DNA of 64,000 nt, taken from positions 1 through 64,000 of the forward strand of contig CAWDKC010000021.1 in the NCBI GenBank assembly GCA_963802615.1, given 5' to 3'. This document shows, piece after piece, positions 10,401 through 20,738 of the stretch; the stretch's first letter is position 1; each line of letters begins with the position of its first letter. A program made the position numbers and the translations under genes. A model generated the notes under the pieces. That model worked only from the letters and a program-made list of their open reading frames with translations. It made no database searches and was not told where the DNA came from. The stretch comes from an uncultured Alphaproteobacteria bacterium (GTDB taxonomy: Bacteria > Pseudomonadota > Alphaproteobacteria > Rhizobiales > Beijerinckiaceae).

Positions 10401-11280
10401 ATGAAAGTCGCGACGTTTTCGATCGCGGGCGAGCGCAGAGTCGGTTGCGTAGACCTCGACCGTGACGTGGTGTCGCCTTTCGATTTTTCGATCGAGCGCG
10501 CAGAATCGGGCATCCTTGCGCTGATCGAGGCCAACGGCTCCGGCCCGCCGGCGACCTTGTCGCCGATCCCGCTCAGCGCGATCGAGTTCGAAGCGCCGAT
10601 CCCGCGGCCTCGCCGCAATATCTTCTGCATCGGCAAGAACTATTTCGAGCACGCGCATGAGTTCGCCAACAGCGGGTTCGATTCGAGCGCCGCGGCCGGC
10701 GCAGTGCCGAAGAATCCGATCGTCTTCTCCAAGGTGCCCGGAGTCGGTGATCGCGACGCACGCCAGAGTTCTGATCGATCCCAGGGTCTCGTCGGCGATC
10801 GACTACGAGGCGGAGCTTGCGGTGATCATCGGCACGGCGGGGCGCGCAATCGCCAAGGACAAGGCGCTTGATCACGTCTGGGGCTATACAATCGTCAACG
10901 ACGTGACGGCGCGCGACCTGCAGAGCAAATACAGTCAGTGGCTGATCGGGAAGTCGCAGGACACGTTCTGTCCGATGGGTCCCTGGGCGGTGACCAAAGA
11001 CGAGTTCGACCTCGAGAGCGCCGGCATCCGCTGCTTCGTCAATGGCGAGCTGCGCCAGAACTCCAGAATATCGCAGCTGATCTTCGACATCCCGACGATC
11101 ATCGCGACCCTGTCGCAGGGCATCACGCTGAGACCCGGAGACGTGATCGCCACCGGAACCCCGGCGGGCGTCGGCATCGGTTTCGATCCGCCGAAATATC
11201 TCCGGGCGGGCGACGTCGTGCGGGTCGAGATCGACGGTATCGGCGCATTGGAAAACAGTTTCGCGGACTGCAGCGAATGA
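10401..11280 (+). CDS. fumarylacetoacetate hydrolase (FAH) family protein, frame break near 10740
   Basis: NIFCIGKNYFEHAHE, then DYEAELAVIIG..WLIGKSQDTFCPMGPW..GDVIATGTPAGVG in ORF 10657..11280. Confidence 0.8.
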
Positions 11281-12110
11281 CGACTGTCGCAGTCGGCCCC
11301 ATTGTCGCGGAAGTCGCGGGCGAAGGCTTTCCGGTGGTGATGATCCACGGCCTTGGCGCCACCTCGAACATGTTCCAGCCGTTGGTGGGGGCTCTGGCGA
11401 ATTTCAGGCTCGTCAGGCTCGACATGCCCGGGGCGGGTCGCTCGCCGCGACCGGTCGAGCGCCTCGAGCATGGAGGGGATGGCCGACGCGACACAGCGCG
11501 CCCTGATCGCAGTTGGCGTCGCTCGCGCGCATCTGGTCGGCCACTCCATGGGAACGATCGTCTGTCAAATGCTCGCGGCGAGCCGGCCGGAGCTCGTCGC
11601 CTCGCTCACCCTGTTCGGCGCGCTCGCCGAGCCAGCCGCCGCCACGCGTGAAGCCGTGCTCAACCGGGCGCGGCTCGCCCGCGCCGGCGGCATGGCCGAC
11701 ATCGCCGACCAGATCATCAGCCATGCGCTCTCGGCGCATACGCGCGAGACCGCGCCGGCGGCGGTCGCCTTCGTGCGCGAGTCCGTGATGCGCCAGGACC
11801 CGGAATCCTACGCCCAGAACTGCGAGGCGTTGTCGAGCGCGAAGGCTGTCGATGCGCGCCGGATTTCCGCGCCGGCCTTGCTCGTCACCGGGGAGGACGA
11901 CGCTGTGAATCCGCCGAGCGTCGCGCAGGCGCTTTGCGACCAGATCAAGGGCGCCGTATTTTCCCCGCTCGACCGCTGCGGGCATTGGGCGACCGTTGAG
12001 AGCCCCCGGGAAAGCGCGCGGCGATTGCTCGAATTCCTTGCGCGAAGTCGACCGGCAAGGACGGTCCTTCGCGACGGCTCACAAAGCCGCGCACACCATC
12101 GGGAGGTAGA
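11279..12110 (+). CDS. alpha/beta-fold hydrolase (enol-lactonase-like), frame break near 11465; 3' end unresolved
   Basis: VVMIHGLGATSNMF and GHSMGT nucleophile elbow. In this frame the ORF runs on into the next gene without a stop. Confidence 0.6.
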
Positions 12111-12111
12111 C

Positions 12112-13436
12112 ATGGCGGACGACGATTGGAACGGCGGCGGATCGGGCGGCGCGCACTTCATAAATGTCCGCATCCTCGACGCAACCGGCGACTATCCCTA
12201 CACCGGCGAGGTGCTCGTCCAGGGCAACCGCGTCAAACAGATCACAAAGGGGTCTTCGCGCTTCGGCGCATCGTCCTCGTCTCGTACGGTGGAGCGACGG
12301 TCATCGACGGCATGGGCGCGACTTTGATGCCCGGCATGATCGACGCGCATCTGCATCTCTCGTGGAACAATGCGCCGGGCATCGACCCCATCCAGATGAT
12401 GGAGCTCGAGGAGCACATGCTCGTCACCATGGAGATGGCGAAGCTGGTGCTCGACGCGGGCTTTACCGCCGGGCGTGGCGCCGCGGCGGCGAAACCGCGG
12501 CTCGACGTCGTCGCCAAGCGGTTCATAAACGAGGGGCGTTTTCCTGGGCCGCGCTATCTGGCGGCCGGGCCGGAGATCACCACGGTCGGCGGCCTGGGCG
12601 ACGCGGCGCCCTCGCACATCCCCCATCCCGGCCTCAATCTCGGCCTGGTTGTTTCCGGACCCGAAGAGATCCGCCGAACGGTTCGCACGCTGATCAAATA
12701 CGGCGTCGACTCGATTAAGCTCAATCTGTCGGGCGAGACCCTCACCGGCATGGGCGCGGAAGAAACGCCGATGTCGGAAGAAGAGGTCGCCATGGCGGTT
12801 TCGGAAGCCCGCTGCCGCAACAAAGTGCTGGCCGCCCACGCGCGCTCGTCAGGCTCGGTCAAGCAATGCGTTCGTCACGGCATCCAGAACATATATCACG
12901 CCTCTTTCGCCGACGAGGAGGCGCTCGACATGCTCGAAGCGGCGAAGGATCGCCATTTCGTCGCGCCGGGCATCGCCTGGTTGATCAACACCGCCCGACA
13001 CGCCGGGCAATGGGGCATCAAGCCGGGCTCGCCGGTGTCGATGGAATATGAGCGCGAATTGGCGATGTGCGTCGAGACGATGAAGAAGATGCATCGGCGC
13101 GGCATCCGCGTCTGCATCGGCGGCGACTACGGCTTCGCCTGGACGCCGCAGGGCACCAATGCCCGGGACATCCAGAGCTTCGTCGATATGCTCGGCTTCT
13201 CTCCGATGGAGGCGATCCTCGCTGCGACCAAATATGGCGGCGAGATCATGGGCATGGGCAATGAGCTCGGCATGATCAAAGAAGGTTATCTCGCCGACCT
13301 GCTGCTGGTCGATGGCGACCCGATCGCCGACGTGCGCATACTCCAGGACAAGAATCGCATACTGGCGATCATGAAGGACGGCAAGTTCCACAAAGCGCCC
13401 CGCATGAACGAACAGCGCAGACGGCTCACCGCATGA
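12112..13436 (+). CDS. amidohydrolase-family metal-dependent hydrolase, frame break near 12250
   Basis: GGGAGG then MADDDWNGGGSGGAHFINVRILDATG.., continuing GMIDAHLHL..CIGGDYG in ORF 12126..13436. Confidence 0.8.
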
Positions 13437-13489
13437 GGATCGTGGCGTGAGGATCGTGGCGTGAGGATCCCTGGCCTGAGCGCCGCGGC

Positions 13490-14542
13490 ATGAGCGCTGT
13501 GCAGCGATCGGACGCCGCTACGCTCGCCGCGGGCGCGGGATTGACCCGGCGGCAGGCGTGGACGCTGGTCGGTCTTGTGTTCGCCGCCCTGATCGCGTGG
13601 CTGGTCTTCGCCGTCTGGCCGGATTGGCTGAGTGCGGCGCTGATCTCGAAGAAGGCGTTCGTCAGCGCCATTCTCAACGGCCTGACCCTGGCCGGGCTCT
13701 ATTTTCTGGTCGCCAGCGGTTTCACGCTGGTGTTCGGGCTGATGCGGAACGTCAATCTTGCGCATGGCTCGCTCTATCTGCTCGGCGCCTATATCGGCTA
13801 CGAAGTCTCGACCCGCACCGGCTATTGGTTGCTCGGCGTGGCGGCCGGCTTCGTGATCCTGGCCCTCATCGGCGTGCTGATGCAGGTGCTGGTGTTTCGC
13901 CGTCTCGAAGGCGACGAGCTGAGGCAGACGATGGTGACGATCGGCATTTCCATCGTCGCGGCCGATCTGATGCTCGCGGTCTGGTTGGGAGGCACCTACC
14001 AGATATCCCCGCCCGACTGGCTCGAGGGCGCGGTTTCCCTCCCGGTGATCACGGCTGTCCGCTCCAACGGCGCGTTGGTTTTCCTAAGCTATCCGTTTTT
14101 CCGGCTGGTCGTTCTGGCCGCAGCGGTGGTGATCGGGATTGGCCTGTGGCTCATGCTGAACCGGACGCGGATCGGCATGATGATCCGAGCCGGCGTAGAC
14201 GATCGGGAGATGCTGTCGGCGTCGGGGGTAAACGTCCATGCGGTATTCGCGATCGTCTTTGCGATCGGCGCGGGGCTGGCGGGCTTCGCCGGCGTGGTCG
14301 GCGGCTCCGTCCTCTCCGTCGCGCCGGGCGAGGACGTGCGTTATCTGCTCGCTTCGCTCGTCGTGGTGATTGTCGGGGGCATGGGCTCGATCACCGGCGC
14401 GGCGATCGGCGCTCTTCTCATCGGCCTCGCCGAACAGATCGGCCTCGTCTATTTCCCGACCTACGGCGTCGTGCTCACCTTCGTAATCATGGTCGCAGTG
14501 CTGGCCGTCAGACCGCAAGGCATCATGGGGAGGGTGCGATGA
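13490..14542 (+). CDS. Liv-type (HAAT family) ABC transporter permease, LivH-like
   Basis: GLYFLVASGFTLVFGLMRNVNLAHGSLYLLGAY and hydrophobic profile. Confidence 0.85.
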   Translation: MSAVQRSDAATLAAGAGLTRRQAWTLVGLVFAALIAWLVFAVWPDWLSAALISKKAFVSAILNGLTLAGLYFLVASGFTLVFGLMRNVNLAHGSLYLLGAYIGYEVSTRTGYWLLGVAAGFVILALIGVLMQVLVFRRLEGDELRQTMVTIGISIVAADLMLAVWLGGTYQISPPDWLEGAVSLPVITAVRSNGALVFLSYPFFRLVVLAAAVVIGIGLWLMLNRTRIGMMIRAGVDDREMLSASGVNVHAVFAIVFAIGAGLAGFAGVVGGSVLSVAPGEDVRYLLASLVVVIVGGMGSITGAAIGALLIGLAEQIGLVYFPTYGVVLTFVIMVAVLAVRPQGIMGRVR

Positions 14543-15567
14543 CGGCGCTGACGTCGGTCGCCGGAACCCGATCCGGCGCGACGATGATCGAGAAGATTGG
14601 CGCGGGCCATCTCGCGGTCGCGGTCGCCCTCCTCGTCTACCCGGCGATCGCCTCAGATTTCTTTCTGACCCAGATCGGCGCCTATTCGCTCATCCTCGGC
14701 ATGATTTCGCTCTCGCTGATGATGCTCGCAGGCTACGGCGGAATGGTCAGCCTGGCGCAAATCACCGTCGCTGGCATCGCCGGCTATGTCGTCGCCATCT
14801 TCGGGCGCAACAACATGGGCGCCTATGGCTTTGGCTGGCCGTTCTGGATCCTGGTCCCGTTCGCCGTTCTTGTGGCCGCCAGCGCTTCCGCTCTGATCGG
14901 CGTGATCTCCAATCGCACCGAGGGCATCTACACGATCATGATCACGCTGGCGATCGGCGCCGCTTTCTTTTATTTCACCCAGCAGAACTACGCGCTGTTC
15001 AACGGACATTCCGGCTTCGCGGGAATTCCCGCCCCGAAATTCTGGGGCGTCGACTGGCGCGATCCGAAGCCGTTCTATTACCTGTGCCTCGGGTGCGCGG
15101 CGGTCGCCTATGCGGCGGTGCTCTATTGTTCGCGTTCCGCCTTCGGCCTGACGCTGCAGGCGATCCGCGACAATCCGCGCAGAATGCGCGCGCTCGGCTA
15201 CAACGTGACGGCGCACAAAGTCGTCGCCTACTTTTACGCCGGCCTGATCGCAGGTCTCGGCGGCGTGCTGCTGGTCTGGTTCAACGGACGCATCTCGCCC
15301 GGGACCGTCGGGGTCGGCCCCGCGATCAATATCCTGGTCATAGCGGTGATCGGCGGCATGGGTCATCCGATCGGGCCGTTTCTCGGCTCGATGGTCGTCA
15401 ACTTGATTCAGACCTTCGCGATCAATCTCGTGGGGGCCGAGCGTTACAATACGCTGATCGGCGTGGTGTTCCTGACAATCGTCCTCGTCTCGCCGGACGG
15501 CATTCTTGGACTATGGGGGAAGGTGAGACCTCATTTGGCCCAGAAGTCCCTGCTTTCCCGGCCGTGA
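14539..15567 (+). CDS. Liv-type ABC transporter permease, LivM-like
   Basis: MTALTSV.. start overlapping the upstream stop; the ORF-track entry 13558..15567 is an N-terminal over-extension. Confidence 0.85.
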   Translation: MTALTSVAGTRSGATMIEKIGAGHLAVAVALLVYPAIASDFFLTQIGAYSLILGMISLSLMMLAGYGGMVSLAQITVAGIAGYVVAIFGRNNMGAYGFGWPFWILVPFAVLVAASASALIGVISNRTEGIYTIMITLAIGAAFFYFTQQNYALFNGHSGFAGIPAPKFWGVDWRDPKPFYYLCLGCAAVAYAAVLYCSRSAFGLTLQAIRDNPRRMRALGYNVTAHKVVAYFYAGLIAGLGGVLLVWFNGRISPGTVGVGPAINILVIAVIGGMGHPIGPFLGSMVVNLIQTFAINLVGAERYNTLIGVVFLTIVLVSPDGILGLWGKVRPHLAQKSLLSRP

Positions 15568-15609
15568 GGCCGCAGGGACCGAACAGCACGATCACCATGG
15601 GAGGAAGAT

Positions 15610-16860
15610 ATGTCTATACATCGCAGAACGCTTCTGCCGCTGGCGCTGGCGCTGGCGACGGGCCTGATGACGACGACGGCGTCGTTCGCCGAGGACTCGA
15701 TCAAGATCGGCTTGCTGGCGACCTTTGAAGGGGCCTTCACCGTCTTGGGCGAAGACGGCCAACGCGGGGCCTTGACCGCAGTTGACGAAGTCAACGGAAT
15801 GGTGGCCGGGAAGAAGATCGAAATCATCAAAGGGTCCTCCGACGCCTCGCCGGACAGCGCGGTTCGCGCGGCGCGCAAACTCGTCGAACAGGACGGCGTG
15901 AAGGTTCTCGTCGGGCCGCTTTCGGGGGACGAAGGTCTTGCGATCAAGGACTACGCCAAGACGAAACCGGACGTGACTTTCCTCAATGGCACCTCGGCCG
16001 CGCAGGATACGACGCTTCGCAACCCGGCGCCGAACTTCTTCCGCTTTTCCACCGATGGCGCGCAGTGGATGGCCGGCCTGGGAGACTACGTATACAAGGA
16101 GAAGGGTTACAAGAAGGTCGCGACCGTCGCCGAGGACTATTCGTTCCCCTATACACAGGTGTTCGGCTTCATGGCCGAGTTTTGCAAGGCCGGGGGCCAC
16201 GTTCCCTCGAAATCGTGGGTGCCGATCGGCAACAAGGATTTCTCTTCGGTCATCGCCGCTCTTCCCGACGATGTCGACGCAATCTATGTCGCGCTCGGCG
16301 GGGCCGACGCCGTCAACTTCCTGACGCAGTACAGGCAGGGTGGCGGCAAGGCGCCGCTGATCGGCGGCTCGATCACCATCGACCAGACGGTCCTGACAAC
16401 GAAGGGCAAGATTTACGACGTCGTAATCGGAACACCGGCAGCCGGTCCGACCGCCGACGACAACAAAAGCCCGGAATGGCAGACCTTCATCGCGGAGTAC
16501 AAGAAGCAGCCGGGGGCGTTTCCCGTACCGTCGCTCTTCGCCCACGGCTATTACGTCAATATGAAAGCCGCGCTGCTCGGGTTGGCTCAAGTCGGCGGCG
16601 ACGTCTCGGACGGCGGCGTCAAATTGCGCGCCGCCTTGTCCAAACTCTCGTTCGAAACGCCAACCGGCAAGGTCTCCCTCGACGACAACCGCAACGCCAT
16701 CGCCGACATATTCCTGACCGAAGTAACCCAGGGCGCCGACGGCAACCTCTACAACAAGTTGATCAAGGTCGTCCCGCAGGTCAACCAGACGCTCGGCATT
16801 CCGAGGGACGAATTCCTCAAGCTAGGCGTAGTCGGCCGCGACAATCCATCCTGCCCATAG
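15610..16860 (+). CDS. ABC transporter periplasmic substrate-binding protein (Leu/Ile/Val-binding family)
   Basis: Signal peptide MSIHRRTLLPLALALATGLMTTTASFA; type I periplasmic-binding fold. Confidence 0.85.
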   Translation: MSIHRRTLLPLALALATGLMTTTASFAEDSIKIGLLATFEGAFTVLGEDGQRGALTAVDEVNGMVAGKKIEIIKGSSDASPDSAVRAARKLVEQDGVKVLVGPLSGDEGLAIKDYAKTKPDVTFLNGTSAAQDTTLRNPAPNFFRFSTDGAQWMAGLGDYVYKEKGYKKVATVAEDYSFPYTQVFGFMAEFCKAGGHVPSKSWVPIGNKDFSSVIAALPDDVDAIYVALGGADAVNFLTQYRQGGGKAPLIGGSITIDQTVLTTKGKIYDVVIGTPAAGPTADDNKSPEWQTFIAEYKKQPGAFPVPSLFAHGYYVNMKAALLGLAQVGGDVSDGGVKLRAALSKLSFETPTGKVSLDDNRNAIADIFLTEVTQGADGNLYNKLIKVVPQVNQTLGIPRDEFLKLGVVGRDNPSCP

Positions 16861-16888
16861 GCCCAGGGAGCATCGCGGTCGAACGCCA

Positions 16889-17675
16889 GTGGCCGAAAGT
16901 CTCACGACCTACCATCTTCACGCGGCCGCAGCGAACGCGCTGGAGCTGGACGGAGTGGCGCGTCATTTCGGCGCGCTGGTGGCGCTATCGGACGTAACGA
17001 TGAGGATCGCGGCCGGTGAACGGCGCGCGGTCCTCGGCTCAAACGGCGCGGGCAAGACAACCTTGTTCAACGCCATCAGCGGCGATTTCCCGCTGACCGC
17101 CGGACGTATCCGCTTCTTCGGCGAGGACGTGAGCCATATGCCGGCGCACGAGAGAACCCGGCGCGGCCTGCGCCGCACCTATCAGATTTCTCAGCTCTTC
17201 AAGGGCCTCAGCATCATCGACAGCATCTTTCTCGCATGCCGCGGCGTGTCGCGCGGACGCTTCTCGCTGCTCCGGCCCGCCGTCTGCCGACGTCACCATG
17301 ACGCAAGCGCGGACGATTATGGAGGCCGTGCACCTGGACGCCCATGCCGATGTGCTTGTCGGCGCGCTCGGTCATGGCATGCAAAGACAGGTCGAGATCG
17401 CTCTCGCGCTCGCTGGCGCGCCACGCTTCATACTTTTCGACGAGCCCGCGGCGGGGCTTTCGCCGGCCGAACGGAGCAATCTCGTCGCCATTCTCAACGG
17501 GCTGCCGAAGCACATCGGGTATGTCATCATCGAGCACGATCTCGATGTCGCGCTGCGCGTTTCCGACTACGTCTCCATGATGCACAACGGGCGCGTGTTC
17601 AAGGAGGGCACGCCGCAGGAGATCGAGCAGGATCCGGAGGTCCAGGAAATCTATCTCGGAGGCCGGCGTGGCTGA
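16889..17675 (+). CDS. ABC transporter ATP-binding protein, LivG-like, frame break near 17285
   Basis: Walker A GSNGAGKTT in ORF 16889..17698. LSPAERSNL / ILFDEPAAGL and H-loop region in ORF 17298..17675. Confidence 0.8.
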
Positions 17676-18525
17676 GCGCCCTGGCAAGGCGGCGCTGAGG
17701 ATCGACGATCTTCACGTCTACTATGGCGAGAGCCACGCGATCCAGGGCGTCTCCCTGACGCTCGAGCGCGGTGTGCTGGCGGTCCTCGGCCGCAACGGCA
17801 TGGGCAAGACGACGCTGTGCAACACGATCGTCGGCCTGAAACGTTCGCGCTCGGGGGTGGTGCGCGTCGAGGGACGCGAGATTTCGAGCCTCGAGCCGCA
17901 CGAGATCCACCGCCTTGGGGTCAGCTACGTCCCACAAGGGCGTCGGTGTTGGCCAAGCCTGACGGTCGACGAGCATTTGCGCCTGGCGGCAGGATCGCGC
18001 CGCGACGCGGCCTGGACGGTCGAACGGATTTATCAGACCTTTCCGCGCCTGGCCGAACGCCGCAACAACGGCGGCTCGCAGCTTTCCGGCGGCGAGCAGC
18101 AGATGTTGGCGATCGCCCGCGCCTTGCTGAACGATCCGAAGCTGCTGATCATGGACGAGCCGACAGAAGGTCTGGCGCCGATAATCGTCGGCCAGGTCGA
18201 ACAGTTGCTCGTCTCGCTCGCCGCCGAGGACGAGATGGCCATCCTCGTCATCGAGCAGAACATTGGCGTCGCGACGACGGTCTCGGACCAGGTTGCGATC
18301 ATGGTCAACGGCCGCATCAACCGGATCATGGAGGCGCGGACGCTGGCCGCCGACCGCGATCTTCAGCGGCGCTTGCTCGGCGTTGGCCGTCACGCCGACG
18401 AAGATCCGGTCAGCCCTGCGGACGCCTCGCAGGCTGAGCAGCGACTGGCCGCAGTCTATCAGATCGAGCGGAACAGTCCCGACCGCGAGTCGCCGCGGGG
18501 TGGACCGGCGCCTTTCGGCCGGTGA
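17668..18525 (+). CDS. ABC transporter ATP-binding protein, LivF-like
   Basis: GRNGMGKTT, LSGGEQQMLAIARAL, LIMDEPTEGLAP. Confidence 0.85.
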   Translation: MAERPGKAALRIDDLHVYYGESHAIQGVSLTLERGVLAVLGRNGMGKTTLCNTIVGLKRSRSGVVRVEGREISSLEPHEIHRLGVSYVPQGRRCWPSLTVDEHLRLAAGSRRDAAWTVERIYQTFPRLAERRNNGGSQLSGGEQQMLAIARALLNDPKLLIMDEPTEGLAPIIVGQVEQLLVSLAAEDEMAILVIEQNIGVATTVSDQVAIMVNGRINRIMEARTLAADRDLQRRLLGVGRHADEDPVSPADASQAEQRLAAVYQIERNSPDRESPRGGPAPFGR

Positions 18526-19875
18526 CCGAGTTGCCGAACCGGTGGAGCGCCTCGATCGCGGCGGCGCCGACGACGGCTGTCGTAAAGGGAGCGCCTGAGG
18601 ACCGACTCGAAGAAGTCTTCGCAATTCCCTTTGCCGAGCGGATCGGCCGCACCGCGATCGTCGCCGGGACGTTCGACACCAAGGGCAGGGAGCTTCGCTA
18701 CATCGCCGATCGCCTGAAAGCGCTGGGCGTTCCGGTGCGCACCGTCGATCTTTCGACCTCGGGAAAGCCCTCGAGCGCCGACGTGCCCGCCATGCAGGTG
18801 GCGAGCATGCATCCAAGAGGACCGTCGGGGGTCATGTCCGGGGACCGCGGACAATCCGTCACCGCGATGGCCGAGGCTTTCGCCCGCTGGATCGAGCGCG
18901 AGCCGCGCATCGGCGGCGTCATCTCCGCCGGCGGCTCAGGCGGCACGACGCTGGCGACCGCCGGGATGCGGGCGCTGCCGATCGGCGTTCCCAAGATCAT
19001 GATCTCGACGGTCGCCGCCGGCGACACCGGCAAATATGTCGGCGGCGCAGATATCATGATGCTTCATTCGGTCGCCGACGTTCAAGGGCTGAATTCGATC
19101 ATCGAGCAGGTTCTTGGCAACGGCGCGCATGCGCTGGCCGGCATGATCGCGCAATTGCCCACCGGCGAAGCGCTCGAGGCCAAGCGAAAATCGGCGCGTC
19201 CGGCGCTCGGCATCACGATGTTCGGCGTCACGACGCCCTGCGTCCAGGCAGTGACCAGGGCGCTCGAAGCAGACTATGATTGTCTCGTCTTCCATGCGAC
19301 CGGCGTCGGCGGACGCTCGATGGAGGCTCTCGGCGATTCCCGGCTGTCTGGCAGGCTTCCTTGACCTGACCACAACCGAGGTCGCCGACATGATCGTCGG
19401 CGGCGTCTTTCCCGCCGACCAGGACCGGCTGGGCGCGCCGATCCGCACGGGGTTGCCCTATGTCGGCTCGGTCGGCGCCCTGGACATGGTCAATTTCGGA
19501 CCGCGCGACACCATCCCGGAGAAGTTCAGGAGCCGGAAATTCGTCGTTCACAACCCGAACGTGACCTTGATGCGCACGACCCGCGACGAAAACCGCGCCT
19601 TTGGCGAATGGATCGGGTCGCGCCTCAACCAAATGAACGGGCCGGTGCGCTTCCTTCTGCCCGAGGGCGGCGTGTCAATGCTCGACGCGCCCGGCCAGCC
19701 GTTCCACGATCCGGCGGCGGACAACGCGCTTTTCGAGGCGATCGAGAAAACCGTGCGCGCCTCGCCGCAGCGTCTTGTTGAGCGCGTGCGCGGCAACATC
19801 AACGACCAGCCTTTCGTCGACGCGGCGGTCGCCGCCTTCCGGTCGATCGCGCCGAGACTTCGGAGGAGCGCCTGA
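18522..19875 (+). CDS. UPF0261 / Tm-1-like N-domain family protein, frame break near 19340
   Basis: Conserved FLDLTTTEVADMIVGGVF motif; ORFs 18522..19364 and 19276..19875 together give a typical ~400-aa UPF0261 protein. Confidence 0.7.
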
Positions 19876-20709
19876 ATGGCCCGCTTCGCGCGTTCCGCCA
19901 TCGTCGAGAAGTTGCGGGACATGAAACGCCGGCGCATCCCGATCGTCGGCGCCGGCGCCGGGACTGGCCTTTCCGCCAAATGCGAGGAGAATGGCGGCGT
20001 CGACTTGATCGTCATCTACAATTCCGGCCGCTATCGTATGGCGGGCCGAGGGTCGCTCTCCGGCTTGCTGGCCTATGGCAACGCCAATCAGATCGTGATG
20101 GAGATGGCGAGCGAAATCCTTCCCGTCGTCACGCGAACGCCGGTTCTGGCCGGGGTGAACGGGACGGATCCGTTCTGCCTGTTCGACCGCTTTCTCGACC
20201 AGATCGAAGCTGCCGGCTTCGCCGGCGTGCAGAATTTCCCGACGGTCGGCCTGATCGATGGGACCTTCAGGGCCAACCTCGAGGAGACCGGCATGTCCTT
20301 CGGCCTGGAGATCGACATGATCCGACTCGCCCATGCCAAGAACCTGCTGACGACTCCCTATGTCTTCAACGCCGGAGAAGCCCAGGCGATGGCCGAGGCC
20401 GGAGCCGACGTTATCGTCTGCCACCTCGGGCTGACGACCGGCGGCTCGATCGGCGCGGCGAGCGCGCTTAAGCTCGACCAATGTCCGGCCCTGGTGGATG
20501 AATGGGCGGAGGCCGCGCTGAAATGCGACAAGGACGTAATCGTTCTCGTCCATGGCGGGCCGGTCGCGGAGCCGGCGGACGCCGAATTCGTGCTGAGGAA
20601 CACACGAAACTGTCACGGCTTCTACGGCGCGTCCTCGATGGAGCGGTTGCCGACCGAGCGGGCGCTGACGGAGCAGGCGCGCAAGTTCAAATCGGTGAGC
20701 TTCGGCTGA
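19876..20709 (+). CDS. phosphoenolpyruvate-hydrolase-like TIM-barrel protein (Tm-1 C-domain-like)
   Basis: Intact 277-aa ORF immediately after the UPF0261 gene, the usual bacterial split arrangement. Confidence 0.7.
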   Translation: MARFARSAIVEKLRDMKRRRIPIVGAGAGTGLSAKCEENGGVDLIVIYNSGRYRMAGRGSLSGLLAYGNANQIVMEMASEILPVVTRTPVLAGVNGTDPFCLFDRFLDQIEAAGFAGVQNFPTVGLIDGTFRANLEETGMSFGLEIDMIRLAHAKNLLTTPYVFNAGEAQAMAEAGADVIVCHLGLTTGGSIGAASALKLDQCPALVDEWAEAALKCDKDVIVLVHGGPVAEPADAEFVLRNTRNCHGFYGASSMERLPTERALTEQARKFKSVSFG

Positions 20710-20738
20710 CCGCATAGTCTTTGGGAGGAAACGCAATC

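Noticed and set aside
13431-13500. CRISPR or other long repeat arrays
   Set aside because: The only tandem repeats in the window (13431-13500, 32211-32250, 45224-45253, 2399-2460) are 10-18 bp units in 3-5 copies without spacers. No CRISPR-like repeat-spacer structure or cas genes are present.
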